This document shows, piece by piece, positions 18,379-26,578 of a stretch of 32,000 nucleotides of DNA. The notes beneath the pieces were generated by a model. It searched no databases, was not told where the DNA came from, and saw only the letters and a list, made by a program, of their open reading frames with translations. The number at the start of each line of letters is the position of its first letter. Position 1 is the first letter of the stretch. The stretch spans positions 330,001 to 362,000 of the forward strand of contig CAKQHZ010000001.1 in NCBI GenBank assembly GCA_934246625.1, in the 5' to 3' direction. The position numbers and the translations under genes were made by a program. Origin of the DNA: an uncultured Alphaproteobacteria bacterium. GTDB taxonomy: Bacteria > Pseudomonadota > Alphaproteobacteria > Rs-D84 > CACZYB01.

Positions 18379-19413
18379 TTATTCTTCAGATTTAATTTGT
18401 CGGTCGATACCAAGGTGTTTGTATGCCTTATCTTGAACTATACGACCACGTGGAGTGCGTTGTAAAAATCCAATTTGCAAAAGATATGGCTCTATTACAT
18501 CTTCGATTGTATCAACCTCCTCAGATAAAAGTGCAGATATTGTTTCAATTCCAACTGGACCACCGCCATAATTATCAATCAAAAGTTTTAAATATCGGCG
18601 GTCAAGATTATCAAGCCCGAAATCATCAACTGAAAGTTTTTGAAGCGAGATTTTTGCCTCTGGCTCATCAATAATTTTTTTATTATCAACGACTGCAAAA
18701 TCACGAACTCTTTTCAAAAGTCTATTTGCAATACGCGGAGTTCCACGAGAACGCTTTGCAATAGCTCTTGCACCATCATCTGATAAAGATATATCCAAAA
18801 TATGCCCTACTCGCTTTACAATATCAGCCAAATCATCTTCAGTATAAAATTCAAATGCAAGTGGAATACCAAATCTTTCCCTTAATGGAGTAGAAAGCAA
18901 TCCTGTCCTTGTTGTAGCACCAATCAATGTAAATGGTGGTATATCAATTCTTACTGTTCGGGCAGCAGGTCCTTCTCCTATAATTAAATCAAGTTTAAAA
19001 TCCTCCATTGCGGAATATAAAACTTCCTCAACCGAAGGTGAAAGTCTGTGGATTTCATCAATAAAAAGAACATCATTTGGTTGCAAATTTGTAAGGATTG
19101 CCGCCAAATCACCAACCTTTGAAATCATAGGTGCAGATGTTGCACGAAATCCAACTCCAAGCTCTATTGCAATTATGTTTGCAAGTGTTGTTTTACCAAG
19201 CCCAGGTGGACCATAAAGAAGACAATGGTCAAGTGCAATTTTCCTGTTTTTCGCAGATTGTATAAAAACCTTAAGATTTTCCTTTAACCCACGTTGTCCA
19301 ACAAAATCATCAAGACAAAGCGGTCTTACACTTTCGATTTTAGAGGTAATATCTTCGATATTTTCCTTTGCATCAATTATTCTTTTTTCTGTATCCATTA
19401 TGACTCCTATCAA
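18379..19413 (-). CDS. ruvB: Holliday junction branch migration ATPase RuvB
   Basis: 344 aa with [11 protein letters not shown], Walker [10 protein letters not shown], Walker [10 protein letters not shown], and a winged-helix C-terminus. Confidence 0.95.
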   Translation of the reverse strand: MIGVIMDTEKRIIDAKENIEDITSKIESVRPLCLDDFVGQRGLKENLKVFIQSAKNRKIALDHCLLYGPPGLGKTTLANIIAIELGVGFRATSAPMISKVGDLAAILTNLQPNDVLFIDEIHRLSPSVEEVLYSAMEDFKLDLIIGEGPAARTVRIDIPPFTLIGATTRTGLLSTPLRERFGIPLAFEFYTEDDLADIVKRVGHILDISLSDDGARAIAKRSRGTPRIANRLLKRVRDFAVVDNKKIIDEPEAKISLQKLSVDDFGLDNLDRRYLKLLIDNYGGGPVGIETISALLSEEVDTIEDVIEPYLLQIGFLQRTPRGRIVQDKAYKHLGIDRQIKSEE

Positions 19414-19490
19414 ATGTAAAGTATAATAGAGTTTATGAAATATTACAAGTAAGAAAAGATATAAAAAAAGGAGCCTTAAGCCCCTTTTCC

Positions 19491-20237
19491 TTATTGGTCA
19501 TTTGCAATTAAGTTTTGCATAATTCGCATTGTATCTTCTGGACCCTTTACTGAAAATATTGTTCCACCAAGGTTGACAATTTTGTGTGCAATAGCATTAT
19601 CGTTTCCAGTTCTGTAAATCCTATCACCAAAATATGAAATATCATAATCCTTATAATAATCTGCGACTTGAGCTTTATCACAACCTTTTTTTACAATATC
19701 AACTGAAATTTGACCACCCAAAGTCATATTGTATTCTGGATATTTTTCCTCAAGATATTTAATAATCCATTGTCTTTGACCATTGCGTTTGTCCCATTCT
19801 ACATATTCTTCTCTATCTTCGTGTGAAGGTTCACCAATTTCTGGACGACCAAGCATTGTAAAGTTAATTGCACAATTATTGTTTATTTCGTGATGACGTG
19901 GAAATGATTTATGGAACTTCACAGGACAATTTTCAATGATATGATCTAAAACGTCCTTGAACATATTAAAGTCTATTGTATTATGAGAGTTATAAACTTC
20001 TTTACCTTTTTTATAAAGGGCATTTCCCATACAACACCAAAAATCAACATTATCACTTTCAAGAAGTTCTGTTGGCATTTGTTCCATCATATCTTTATAA
20101 GGAGAGCCTGTTACAACAGCAAAATGGAAATGTTTTGAAAATTCAATTAAAGTTTCAGCCATTTCACCAACTATTTTCTTTCTTGCAACTGTTAATGTTC
20201 CATCATTATCTGATAAAAAAACTTTGTTATTATTCAT
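19491..20237 (-). CDS. eukaryotic-type phosphomannomutase (PMM family HAD phosphatase-like mutase)
   Basis: 248 aa. [17 protein letters not shown] parallels human PMM2 [29 protein letters not shown] parallels VVGGSDFEKVQEQ. C-terminal [15 protein letters not shown]...GPEDT parallels FFGDKTMPGGNDHEI...APEDT. Confidence 0.75.
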   Translation of the reverse strand: MNNNKVFLSDNDGTLTVARKKIVGEMAETLIEFSKHFHFAVVTGSPYKDMMEQMPTELLESDNVDFWCCMGNALYKKGKEVYNSHNTIDFNMFKDVLDHIIENCPVKFHKSFPRHHEINNNCAINFTMLGRPEIGEPSHEDREEYVEWDKRNGQRQWIIKYLEEKYPEYNMTLGGQISVDIVKKGCDKAQVADYYKDYDISYFGDRIYRTGNDNAIAHKIVNLGGTIFSVKGPEDTMRIMQNLIANDQ

Positions 20238-20420
20238 ATAAAACCTCTTTGTTAAAATTAAAAATGTGGGTATTATATCCTAGTTGAAAAAAATATCTAG
20301 TAAAAATTTCAATTATATTATATAAATCTAACCCCTTAATATTTCGGGAAAAAATCAATGATTTTATAAAATATTTTGCTTTTAAAGTATAGATAAAACT
20401 TCTTCTTTTACTATTGAAAG

Positions 20421-20452
20421 AAAAAAATAAAAAACCGCCCCCAACGGGACGG
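20421..20452 (-). terminator. Rho-independent terminator of the lipoprotein gene
   Basis: The minus strand reads CCGTCCC-GTTG-GGGGCGG (7 bp including one G-U), followed by TTTTTTATTTTTTT. The stem is good only on the minus strand. Confidence 0.7.
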
Positions 20453-20491
20453 ATTTTATGACTCAGAATAATGGGAGGTGTATAGACAGGA

Positions 20492-20824
20492 TTACTTTTC
20501 AACTAAAATTAAATTAGGAACAGTTTTTTGAATTTCTTGTTTATTTGTGTATCTATATACTCCATCTTGTATCCAACATGTTGTTGATGTAGATGTAATT
20601 TTTTGTTTGTCATAATAATCTATATCTTTTGGGCTAGTTAAATGCACAAGTTGATTAAAATAACAATCTGATTTATACCAAGGACATTCATAAGCTAATG
20701 CTCCACCTTCTAATCCTTGAAGGACTTCAAATGATTGAGTGTTAAAACATTCTTTTCCTTCTTTGGTAATACTAGCACAACTAAACAAATTTGATACAAA
20801 TAATAGTAATAATATTTTTTTCAT
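20492..20824 (-). CDS. small hypothetical lipoprotein
   Basis: 110 aa. Signal plus lipobox MKKILLLLFVSNLFSC. Four further Cys. SD AAGGAGA upstream and its own terminator downstream. Confidence 0.6.
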   Translation of the reverse strand: MKKILLLLFVSNLFSCASITKEGKECFNTQSFEVLQGLEGGALAYECPWYKSDCYFNQLVHLTSPKDIDYYDKQKITSTSTTCWIQDGVYRYTNKQEIQKTVPNLILVEK

Positions 20825-20983
20825 TTTAATATCTCCTTTTTAACATTTTTATTTTAGCATTTTTTGTTTTTATTTTTCAATAAATTCTTAAATTTAAAAT
20901 ATGGATAGAGGATTTACACTATGGGAAAAGGGTGTTTTTATGATATAGCCTCACGGACTAGCTTAAGTATTTGAATTTGCAAT

Positions 20984-21005
20984 AAAAAACCGCCCTTACG
21001 GACGG
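20984..21005 (-). terminator. Rho-independent terminator downstream of tRNA-Asn
   Basis: The minus strand reads CCGTCC-GTAA-GGGCGG (one G-U, GNRA loop), followed by TTTTTTATT. Its flanks are near-identical to the terminator at 20421-20452. Confidence 0.65.
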
Positions 21006-21016
21006 ATTTTGATTTA

Positions 21017-21091
21017 TGGCTCCGGCGGATGGATTCGAACCAACGACCAATTGATTAACAGTCAACTGCGCTACCACTGCGCTACGCCGGA
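21017..21091 (-). tRNA. tRNA-Asn (anticodon GUU), CCA encoded
   Basis: Reverse complement: TCCGGCG-TA-GCGC-AGTGGTA-GCGC-A-GTTGA-CTGTTAA-TCAAT-TGGTC-GTTGG-TTCGAAT-CCATC-CGCCGGA-G-CCA. There is one U-U mismatch in the T-stem. Confidence 0.88.
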
Positions 21092-21228
21092 ATAAATATG
21101 AATAAATTTATATACTATATCCAAAAAAAAATCAACAACTTTTTTATAAAAATCTTTTTATTTTAAGAACTCCTTGATTTTAAGCCATTATTTTGATAGC
21201 ATAATTATCAAAAATTAAGGATTTTGCT

Positions 21229-22497
21229 ATGAATAATGTAAAAATCGAAAAACTTCAAAATGGGTTAACTGTAATTACTGATTATGTGCCAACTGTGGAA
21301 ACCGTGCTTGTGGGTCTTATGGCTTCGGTTGGTTCTGTTAATGAAAGCGAAGAGTTAAATGGTGTTTCCCATTTTCTTGAACATATGGCATTTAAGGGAA
21401 CTGTGTCCCGCTCATATACCGATATTGCCGAAATGATTGAAGATATTGGTGGCGATATAAATGCTTATACATCAAAGGACCATACCTTTTATTACACAAA
21501 AGTTTTAAAAGAGTATTTGGAAAATGGTATTGATATTTTATCAGATATAATTCAAAACTCGGTTTTTGATGAGGAAGAAACTAATAAGGAAAAACATGTT
21601 ATTTTACAGGAACTTTATAATTCCTTGGATACTCCTGATGACATTATTTATGATTACTTTACAGAAACAGCATATTCAAATCAATCATTGGGAAGACCTA
21701 TACTTGGAAGCGAAGAAAGTATAAAATCTATTACCCCTGAAAAATTAAGAAATTATATAAAGGCAAATTATTGTGCCGATAAATTATTCCTTATTGTATC
21801 CGGAAATATGGAACATCAAAAGGTTGTCGAACTTGCAAATAAATATTTTACAAAGTTGGTGCCAGCGGGAAATTGCCCTACTCCACATTCAAAATATGTA
21901 GGTGGTTTTTTCAAAAAACAAAAGCAATTAGAACAAACTCAATTTATGCTTGGGTTTGAAAGTTCTCCACTTCTTAACCGAAAGGATATTTTCGCGGAAA
22001 ATGTTTTAAATAATGTGCTTGGGGGCGGTATGTCTTCTCGACTTTTTCAAGAGGTTCGCGAAAAACAAAACCTTGTATATGGTATATATTCAAGTATGAA
22101 CAATTATGATGATACTGGTTGTTTATATATTTGCACTTCTACCGATGAAGAAAAAATCAATAAGGTAATTGATGCAACCACATCAGAAATTTTAAAAATT
22201 TGCAAAGATGGTATTACAAAAAAGGAATTAGACCGTGCAAAAATTTCATACAAAGCAGGTCTTCTTATGGGACTTGAAAGCACATCTGTAAGAATGCGTA
22301 TGCTTGGTCGCCAAATGCAACATTTTAATAAGATTATTCCAAATGAAGAATCTGTGGCTCTTATAGAATCTATTACTTTGGACGATATAGTAAATGTTGC
22401 AAACAAAGTCTTTTCAACAAAGCCAACCGTTACATACTTTGGTAATGTTGCCAATGTTTATGATATGGATACTGTTGAAAGCAAGTTGTCAAAATAA
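21229..22497 (+). CDS. M16-family zinc peptidase (mitochondrial-processing-peptidase-like)
   Basis: 422 aa with the inverted zinc motif HFLEHMAFKG. It has the N-terminal M16 and C-terminal M16_C architecture. Confidence 0.9.
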   Translation: MNNVKIEKLQNGLTVITDYVPTVETVLVGLMASVGSVNESEELNGVSHFLEHMAFKGTVSRSYTDIAEMIEDIGGDINAYTSKDHTFYYTKVLKEYLENGIDILSDIIQNSVFDEEETNKEKHVILQELYNSLDTPDDIIYDYFTETAYSNQSLGRPILGSEESIKSITPEKLRNYIKANYCADKLFLIVSGNMEHQKVVELANKYFTKLVPAGNCPTPHSKYVGGFFKKQKQLEQTQFMLGFESSPLLNRKDIFAENVLNNVLGGGMSSRLFQEVREKQNLVYGIYSSMNNYDDTGCLYICTSTDEEKINKVIDATTSEILKICKDGITKKELDRAKISYKAGLLMGLESTSVRMRMLGRQMQHFNKIIPNEESVALIESITLDDIVNVANKVFSTKPTVTYFGNVANVYDMDTVESKLSK

Positions 22498-22551
22498 TTG
22501 CCTTTTTGTTTAATTTATGTTATGATTTCACTTTAGAAAAAGGAGAATAGA

Positions 22552-23190
22552 ATGAATAACGTAAACAAAGATGATGATTTTCAATTTTTACCACCAGAAG
22601 ATATAAATTTTGATGAGTTTGATAATATTGATAACCTTGAATTTCATATTGATGAAAATGTGAACGATATGCAAAAATCTGATATTAACGAATTTGAAAT
22701 TCCACCTTTGGCAAATGAAGATGCAGATGAGTTTATTGATATTCCAGATGTTATTTCTATTCCCCCACTTGAAACAAATGAAAATAATAATTCTGTTGAA
22801 ATGATGGATAATAATTTTGAATTACCTTCATTTAATATTCCTGAGGAACTTTCAGAAGAATTTAATGCAAACACAGAAGAAAATGTGCCTGCAAATGAAC
22901 CAAATATTCCCGATGCACAAAGTTTGGTTGCAAATGCTGTGCGTGAAAAAATGGCTGTGATGCAAAATGAAAATGATGATTTTGAAACAGAAGGTTTTAT
23001 TGATATGACTCCACCTGAGTTTGATGAAATGGAAACAATGGAAAATACCCCATCAAGCAAAGAAGCAACGTCTCAAAGTTCAAGAAAAGATGATATGTAT
23101 GAAAAGGCAATCGAACGATTAAAAGAATTATCAAAAATCGAATCGGAAAAAATGTTGAACCTTGTCGGAAATAACAATAAAACTTTGTAA
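22552..23190 (+). CDS. highly acidic, probably disordered protein with repeated hydrophobic-PP motifs
   Basis: 212 aa, D/E/N-rich. Motifs FEIPPL, ISIPPL, FELPSF and MTPPEF recur. There is a short helical K/E C-terminus. SD AAAGGAGAA upstream and a terminator downstream. I recognise no family. Confidence 0.6.
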   Translation: MNNVNKDDDFQFLPPEDINFDEFDNIDNLEFHIDENVNDMQKSDINEFEIPPLANEDADEFIDIPDVISIPPLETNENNNSVEMMDNNFELPSFNIPEELSEEFNANTEENVPANEPNIPDAQSLVANAVREKMAVMQNENDDFETEGFIDMTPPEFDEMETMENTPSSKEATSQSSRKDDMYEKAIERLKELSKIESEKMLNLVGNNNKTL

Positions 23191-23221
23191 AAAAAATACC
23201 CCTCATTTGAGGGGATTTTTT
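23191..23221. terminator. bidirectional Rho-independent terminator
   Basis: CCCCTC-ATTT-GAGGGG (23199-23214) with an A-run upstream and a T-run downstream. It lies between convergent genes. Confidence 0.75.
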
Positions 23222-23231
23222 AATCTCTTTA

Positions 23232-23873
23232 TTATTCTTCTGGTGGAAAACCTATATCTTGAATTCCAATGACTTCCATATTATCAGAAAGTTGTAAAGC
23301 CTCCTTGAAATAGTCGCTATCAACACTTCCTTTGAATACAGTATTAAGTCCGTTCACAGCACTGAATAAATAAATATTTTGTGCAATAAAGCCCATATCT
23401 GTATAAGCCCATTGTGCATCTTGCTTTAATGTATCAGCCACAAATACTATACTCATAGGAGCATTAAAACCTGTTTTATCAGTCATATTAAGTGGTGTGA
23501 TACGTTTTAAAATATTTTCCTTTGGCATATATAAAAATGCGCCATTTGGAAGAATTGCATATAGTTCAATTTCCTGTTTGTTCATAGCAGACGGAGCCGT
23601 TCTTTTACCATCAGGTGAGTTAATGCCATCTGCGGACCACAAAATATTTGTAATTAAATCTTCGTTTAGTGGAGTTGTTGCAAATTTACGATTTGACCTT
23701 CTTTTTTGAAGTGCCTCCATCAAACTTGAATAATTACCAGATGTTGGTTTATCAAGCTGGATATCCCCTTCTTGAAGTTTATAAACACTTTTGGATTTTA
23801 AATATTTCCCTGTTATAAAACCAATTAAAACAAAGATAAAGAGTAATATAAGAATTTTTATTTTTGTATTCAT
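23232..23873 (-). CDS. membrane-anchored/secreted nitroreductase-family protein
   Basis: 213 aa. N-terminal hydrophobic anchor (ILILLFIFVLIGFITG). The nitroreductase signature LMEALQKRRSNRKF is followed by ILWSADG. Confidence 0.7.
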   Translation of the reverse strand: MNTKIKILILLFIFVLIGFITGKYLKSKSVYKLQEGDIQLDKPTSGNYSSLMEALQKRRSNRKFATTPLNEDLITNILWSADGINSPDGKRTAPSAMNKQEIELYAILPNGAFLYMPKENILKRITPLNMTDKTGFNAPMSIVFVADTLKQDAQWAYTDMGFIAQNIYLFSAVNGLNTVFKGSVDSDYFKEALQLSDNMEVIGIQDIGFPPEE

Positions 23874-23953
23874 TGCGACCTCCTATTTATTAAATAAAAA
23901 TATAATACAACGAATAAAAAAGATTCTCAATTAAAATGAAGTGGATAAAAAAC

Positions 23954-24532
23954 CTATCGTGAAAGAAGTTTTTCAATTTCAATAAAACTTGAAACAGGTG
24001 TGATTTGCTTTTTATCAATTTTATGTTGATGTTTATTTCCCTTATTTATTATAGGAGAAAGCAAAGAATAATATTTATACCATAATGCTTTTTGCCCAAG
24101 TTGAACTGCTTGATTACAATTATTTAAGTCATCATCAATAATAATTGTATTTTTTGGATATGTCTTATATAAATCCATTTTATTAAATGTTCGTGACATA
24201 TTGAAAACACGACTTATAGAAGAACCAAAAAATTTTTCAATATTTTCATTCCTTGCAAGAAAACGATGAACATTTCCACCGTATGTGCTTATCACATCAA
24301 TTTTATAATTTTTACTTAAACGCTTCACTGTTTCAACTGCATTTTTAACAGGAGGTATATTAGAAAAATTTTCAAAATCATCAGAAAATTCATCCAAAAG
24401 ATATGAACATCTGCGACCCAATAATTTCTTAATATCAAAATTTGGAACATTCATAAAAAACCATTTTATAAAGTATGGTAAAGTGTCTAACAATACTCCA
24501 TCAGCATCAAAAATTATATGATCTTCTTGCAT
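23954..24532 (-). CDS. HAD-superfamily hydrolase (possibly 5'-nucleotidase-like)
   Basis: 192 aa. HAD motif I is IIFDADGVLLDT, with a late IIIDDD motif. The subfamily assignment is uncertain. Confidence 0.6.
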   Translation of the reverse strand: MQEDHIIFDADGVLLDTLPYFIKWFFMNVPNFDIKKLLGRRCSYLLDEFSDDFENFSNIPPVKNAVETVKRLSKNYKIDVISTYGGNVHRFLARNENIEKFFGSSISRVFNMSRTFNKMDLYKTYPKNTIIIDDDLNNCNQAVQLGQKALWYKYYSLLSPIINKGNKHQHKIDKKQITPVSSFIEIEKLLSR

Positions 24533-24566
24533 TATACGAATCCTTTATTAAATTTATGACAAAATA

Positions 24567-25712
24567 TTATAACCAATCCTTTATTTTGTCAAAGAAATTT
24601 TTATCAGCACCATTTTTTATTCTGTCTTCTTCAAAAGCACGAAGCAATTCTTCCTGATGAGCAGTCAATTTTGTTGGTGTTTCAACGTTTATATTAAGAT
24701 ACATATCTCCACGGATAGGTGAATTTATACCTGTCATACCCTTTCCACGAAGACGAAGTTTTTCACCACTTTGGATACCCCTTGGAATTTTGACTTCGGC
24801 CTTTGTGCCATCAATGGTTGGAACTTCGATTGTGCCCCCAAGTCCAGCAAGTCCAAATGAGATTGGAACATTGATATAAAGGCTTTTGTTATCACGAGTA
24901 AAGATTTTGTTTGGTTTTACAGAAATATATACATATAAATCGCCTGATTCACTTCCTGCAAGACCAGCTTCACCTTCACCCTTTACACGAAGACGTGTTC
25001 CATTATCAACACCAGCTGGGATTTTTATTTCAAGTTTTTTGTTTTCGGCACTTACACCTGTGCCATTACATTCACGACATGGGTTTGTAATAATATAGCC
25101 AAGTCCACCACATTCAGGACAAACTTGTTGACTCATAAAGAAACCTTGACGAACATTTATAACACCACTTCCATGGCATTTTGAACAAACTTCACGTTTG
25201 TCGCCACCCATACCATTACATTTTTTGCATTTACCATTACGTCTGAAAGAAATTTCAGTGGTAAGTCCTGTAAAGGCTTGCTCAAGAGTAATTGACATAT
25301 CATATCTTAAATCTTGACCCTTATGTGATTGTGGGCCACGTGAAGAACCACCACCCATAAAGTCAGAAAATATATCTGAAAATATGTCGGAAAAGCCACC
25401 AAAACCTTGACCGCCTGCACCACCGCCAAAATTAAAATCGAATCCGCCAAAGCCTTGACCACCACGACTTCCTCCACCCATACCATTTTCAAATGCAGAA
25501 TGTCCGAATTGGTCGTAGGCAGCCTTTTTTTGTGGGTCCTTTAAAACTTCGTATGCTTCGTTAATTTCCTTGAATTTTTCTTCGGCTGATTTATCACCTT
25601 GATTGCGGTCAGGGTGATACTTCATTGCCATCTTTCTGTATGCCTTTTTTATTTCATCATCGCTTGCACCCTTTTGGATGCCAAGAAGTTCGTAATAATC
25701 TTGTTTTGCCAT
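24567..25712 (-). CDS. dnaJ: molecular chaperone DnaJ
   Basis: 381 aa with a J-domain (DYYELLGI...HPD), a G/F-rich linker, and four CxxCxGxG zinc-finger repeats. Confidence 0.95.
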   Translation of the reverse strand: MAKQDYYELLGIQKGASDDEIKKAYRKMAMKYHPDRNQGDKSAEEKFKEINEAYEVLKDPQKKAAYDQFGHSAFENGMGGGSRGGQGFGGFDFNFGGGAGGQGFGGFSDIFSDIFSDFMGGGSSRGPQSHKGQDLRYDMSITLEQAFTGLTTEISFRRNGKCKKCNGMGGDKREVCSKCHGSGVINVRQGFFMSQQVCPECGGLGYIITNPCRECNGTGVSAENKKLEIKIPAGVDNGTRLRVKGEGEAGLAGSESGDLYVYISVKPNKIFTRDNKSLYINVPISFGLAGLGGTIEVPTIDGTKAEVKIPRGIQSGEKLRLRGKGMTGINSPIRGDMYLNINVETPTKLTAHQEELLRAFEEDRIKNGADKNFFDKIKDWL

Positions 25713-25832
25713 AATATGACCTTTTGTATTTAAACTAGTTTAATATTGATATTAAAATATATAGTAATCTTGTCCTTAAAAATCAAGTATTAAGCATAGC
25801 AGAATTGAAAAATTTTATTATGAAAGTTGAAA

Positions 25833-25909
25833 TGGTGGGTGTAAGTGGGCTCGAACCACCGACCTCTACGATGTCAACGTAACGCTCTAGCCAACTGAGC
25901 TATACACCC
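25833..25909 (-). tRNA. tRNA-Val (anticodon GAC), CCA encoded
   Basis: Reverse complement: GGGTGTA-TA-GCTC-AGTTGGCTA-GAGC-G-TTACG-TTGACAT-CGTAG-AGGTC-GGTGG-TTCGAGC-CCACT-TACACCC-A-CCA. Confidence 0.93.
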
Positions 25910-26077
25910 GAAGTTATTTATTTTTATTATATAATAATTTTATTTGCAACTATTTATTTTAAAAATTATTACCAACTAAACTATATCTGTTATGAATACT
26001 AGGAAAGCCCCTTTATTGCCTTTTTTTAAAATATCTTCTGGAAATTTTATCATAAGTTTTTCCATTTAAAACTCTTA

Positions 26078-26569
26078 CTATTTTTGTAATTGTTCAAGTT
26101 TTGATTTCCAAAAATCTGGTATACGTTGAGGTTTTCCAACAACAACACCATTACCCAATGGGCAACCATCACTTTCAGATTTTATTTGAACACCCACAAA
26201 AACTATTTTTGTTTTAACCTCGACTAAAAGTTCATCGTTTCGCATAATATTTTGTTTCATTACGACATAGGCTTTGCCAAGCTCTTCCACACTTGTTTCT
26301 ATTACCAAATCTTCACCGAAATGTGCAGATTTATAATATTCTGCATTTGCGGTTCTTACAACAAAATCACCAAGTAATTTTATGTCATTATAGCTTTTTA
26401 AATCATCGTGTGCCATCACATCAAATAATGCGACACGAGCTTCCTCAGCAATGCGGAAATAATTTGCATAATACATAATTCCACCTGCATCAGTATGATT
26501 ATAATATACACGCACAGGGAAATAATGTTTGCCATTTTCGATTTTACCTAAACAAGGTTTTATATCCAT
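26078..26569 (-). CDS. ybgC: hotdog-fold acyl-CoA thioesterase (YbgC/4HBT family) with C-terminal extension
   Basis: 163 aa. VRVYYNHTDAGGIMYYANYFRIAEEARV is the typical 4HBT/YbgC N-terminal motif. It lies 10 nt downstream of pepF. Confidence 0.65.
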   Translation of the reverse strand: MDIKPCLGKIENGKHYFPVRVYYNHTDAGGIMYYANYFRIAEEARVALFDVMAHDDLKSYNDIKLLGDFVVRTANAEYYKSAHFGEDLVIETSVEELGKAYVVMKQNIMRNDELLVEVKTKIVFVGVQIKSESDGCPLGNGVVVGKPQRIPDFWKSKLEQLQK

Positions 26570-26578
26570 TTTAAACTC

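Noticed and set aside
18057-18413. 118-aa minus-strand ORF spanning tRNA-Ser and the HemY_N gene, plus the many other 60-140-aa antisense ORFs in the track (e.g. 22644-23060, 26692-27111, 12623-12904).
   Set aside because: Each lies antisense inside well-supported genes or a tRNA. They have biased low-complexity compositions and lack RBSs. These are typical shadow ORFs.
19466-19490. Terminator downstream of the PMM gene (AAAAAAAGGAGCCTTAAGCCCCTTTTCC).
   Set aside because: Only a short CTTAAG palindrome and imperfect AAAAGG/CCTTTT arms are present. I could not draw a convincing stem followed by a U-run on the minus strand.
20230-20502. 90-aa minus-strand ORF in the PMM-lipoprotein intergenic region.
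   Set aside because: It reads straight through a strong Rho-independent terminator (20421-20452) and AT-rich promoter-like DNA. It has a low-complexity composition and no RBS.
20825-21228. tRNA-Asn neighbourhood as a possible integration hotspot or genomic islet (small lipoprotein gene next to a tRNA).
   Set aside because: No integrase, no direct repeat of the tRNA 3' end, and no compositional break were seen. The flanking gene is a single small ORF with its own terminator.
25713-25832. Heat-shock control elements upstream of dnaJ (CIRCE inverted repeat or sigma32-type promoter).
   Set aside because: There is no TTAGCACTC-N9-GAGTGCTAA-like repeat. A CTTG...CTATATAT pair exists on the minus strand, but with about 19-nt spacing rather than the expected 17. 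That is too weak to call in AT-rich DNA.
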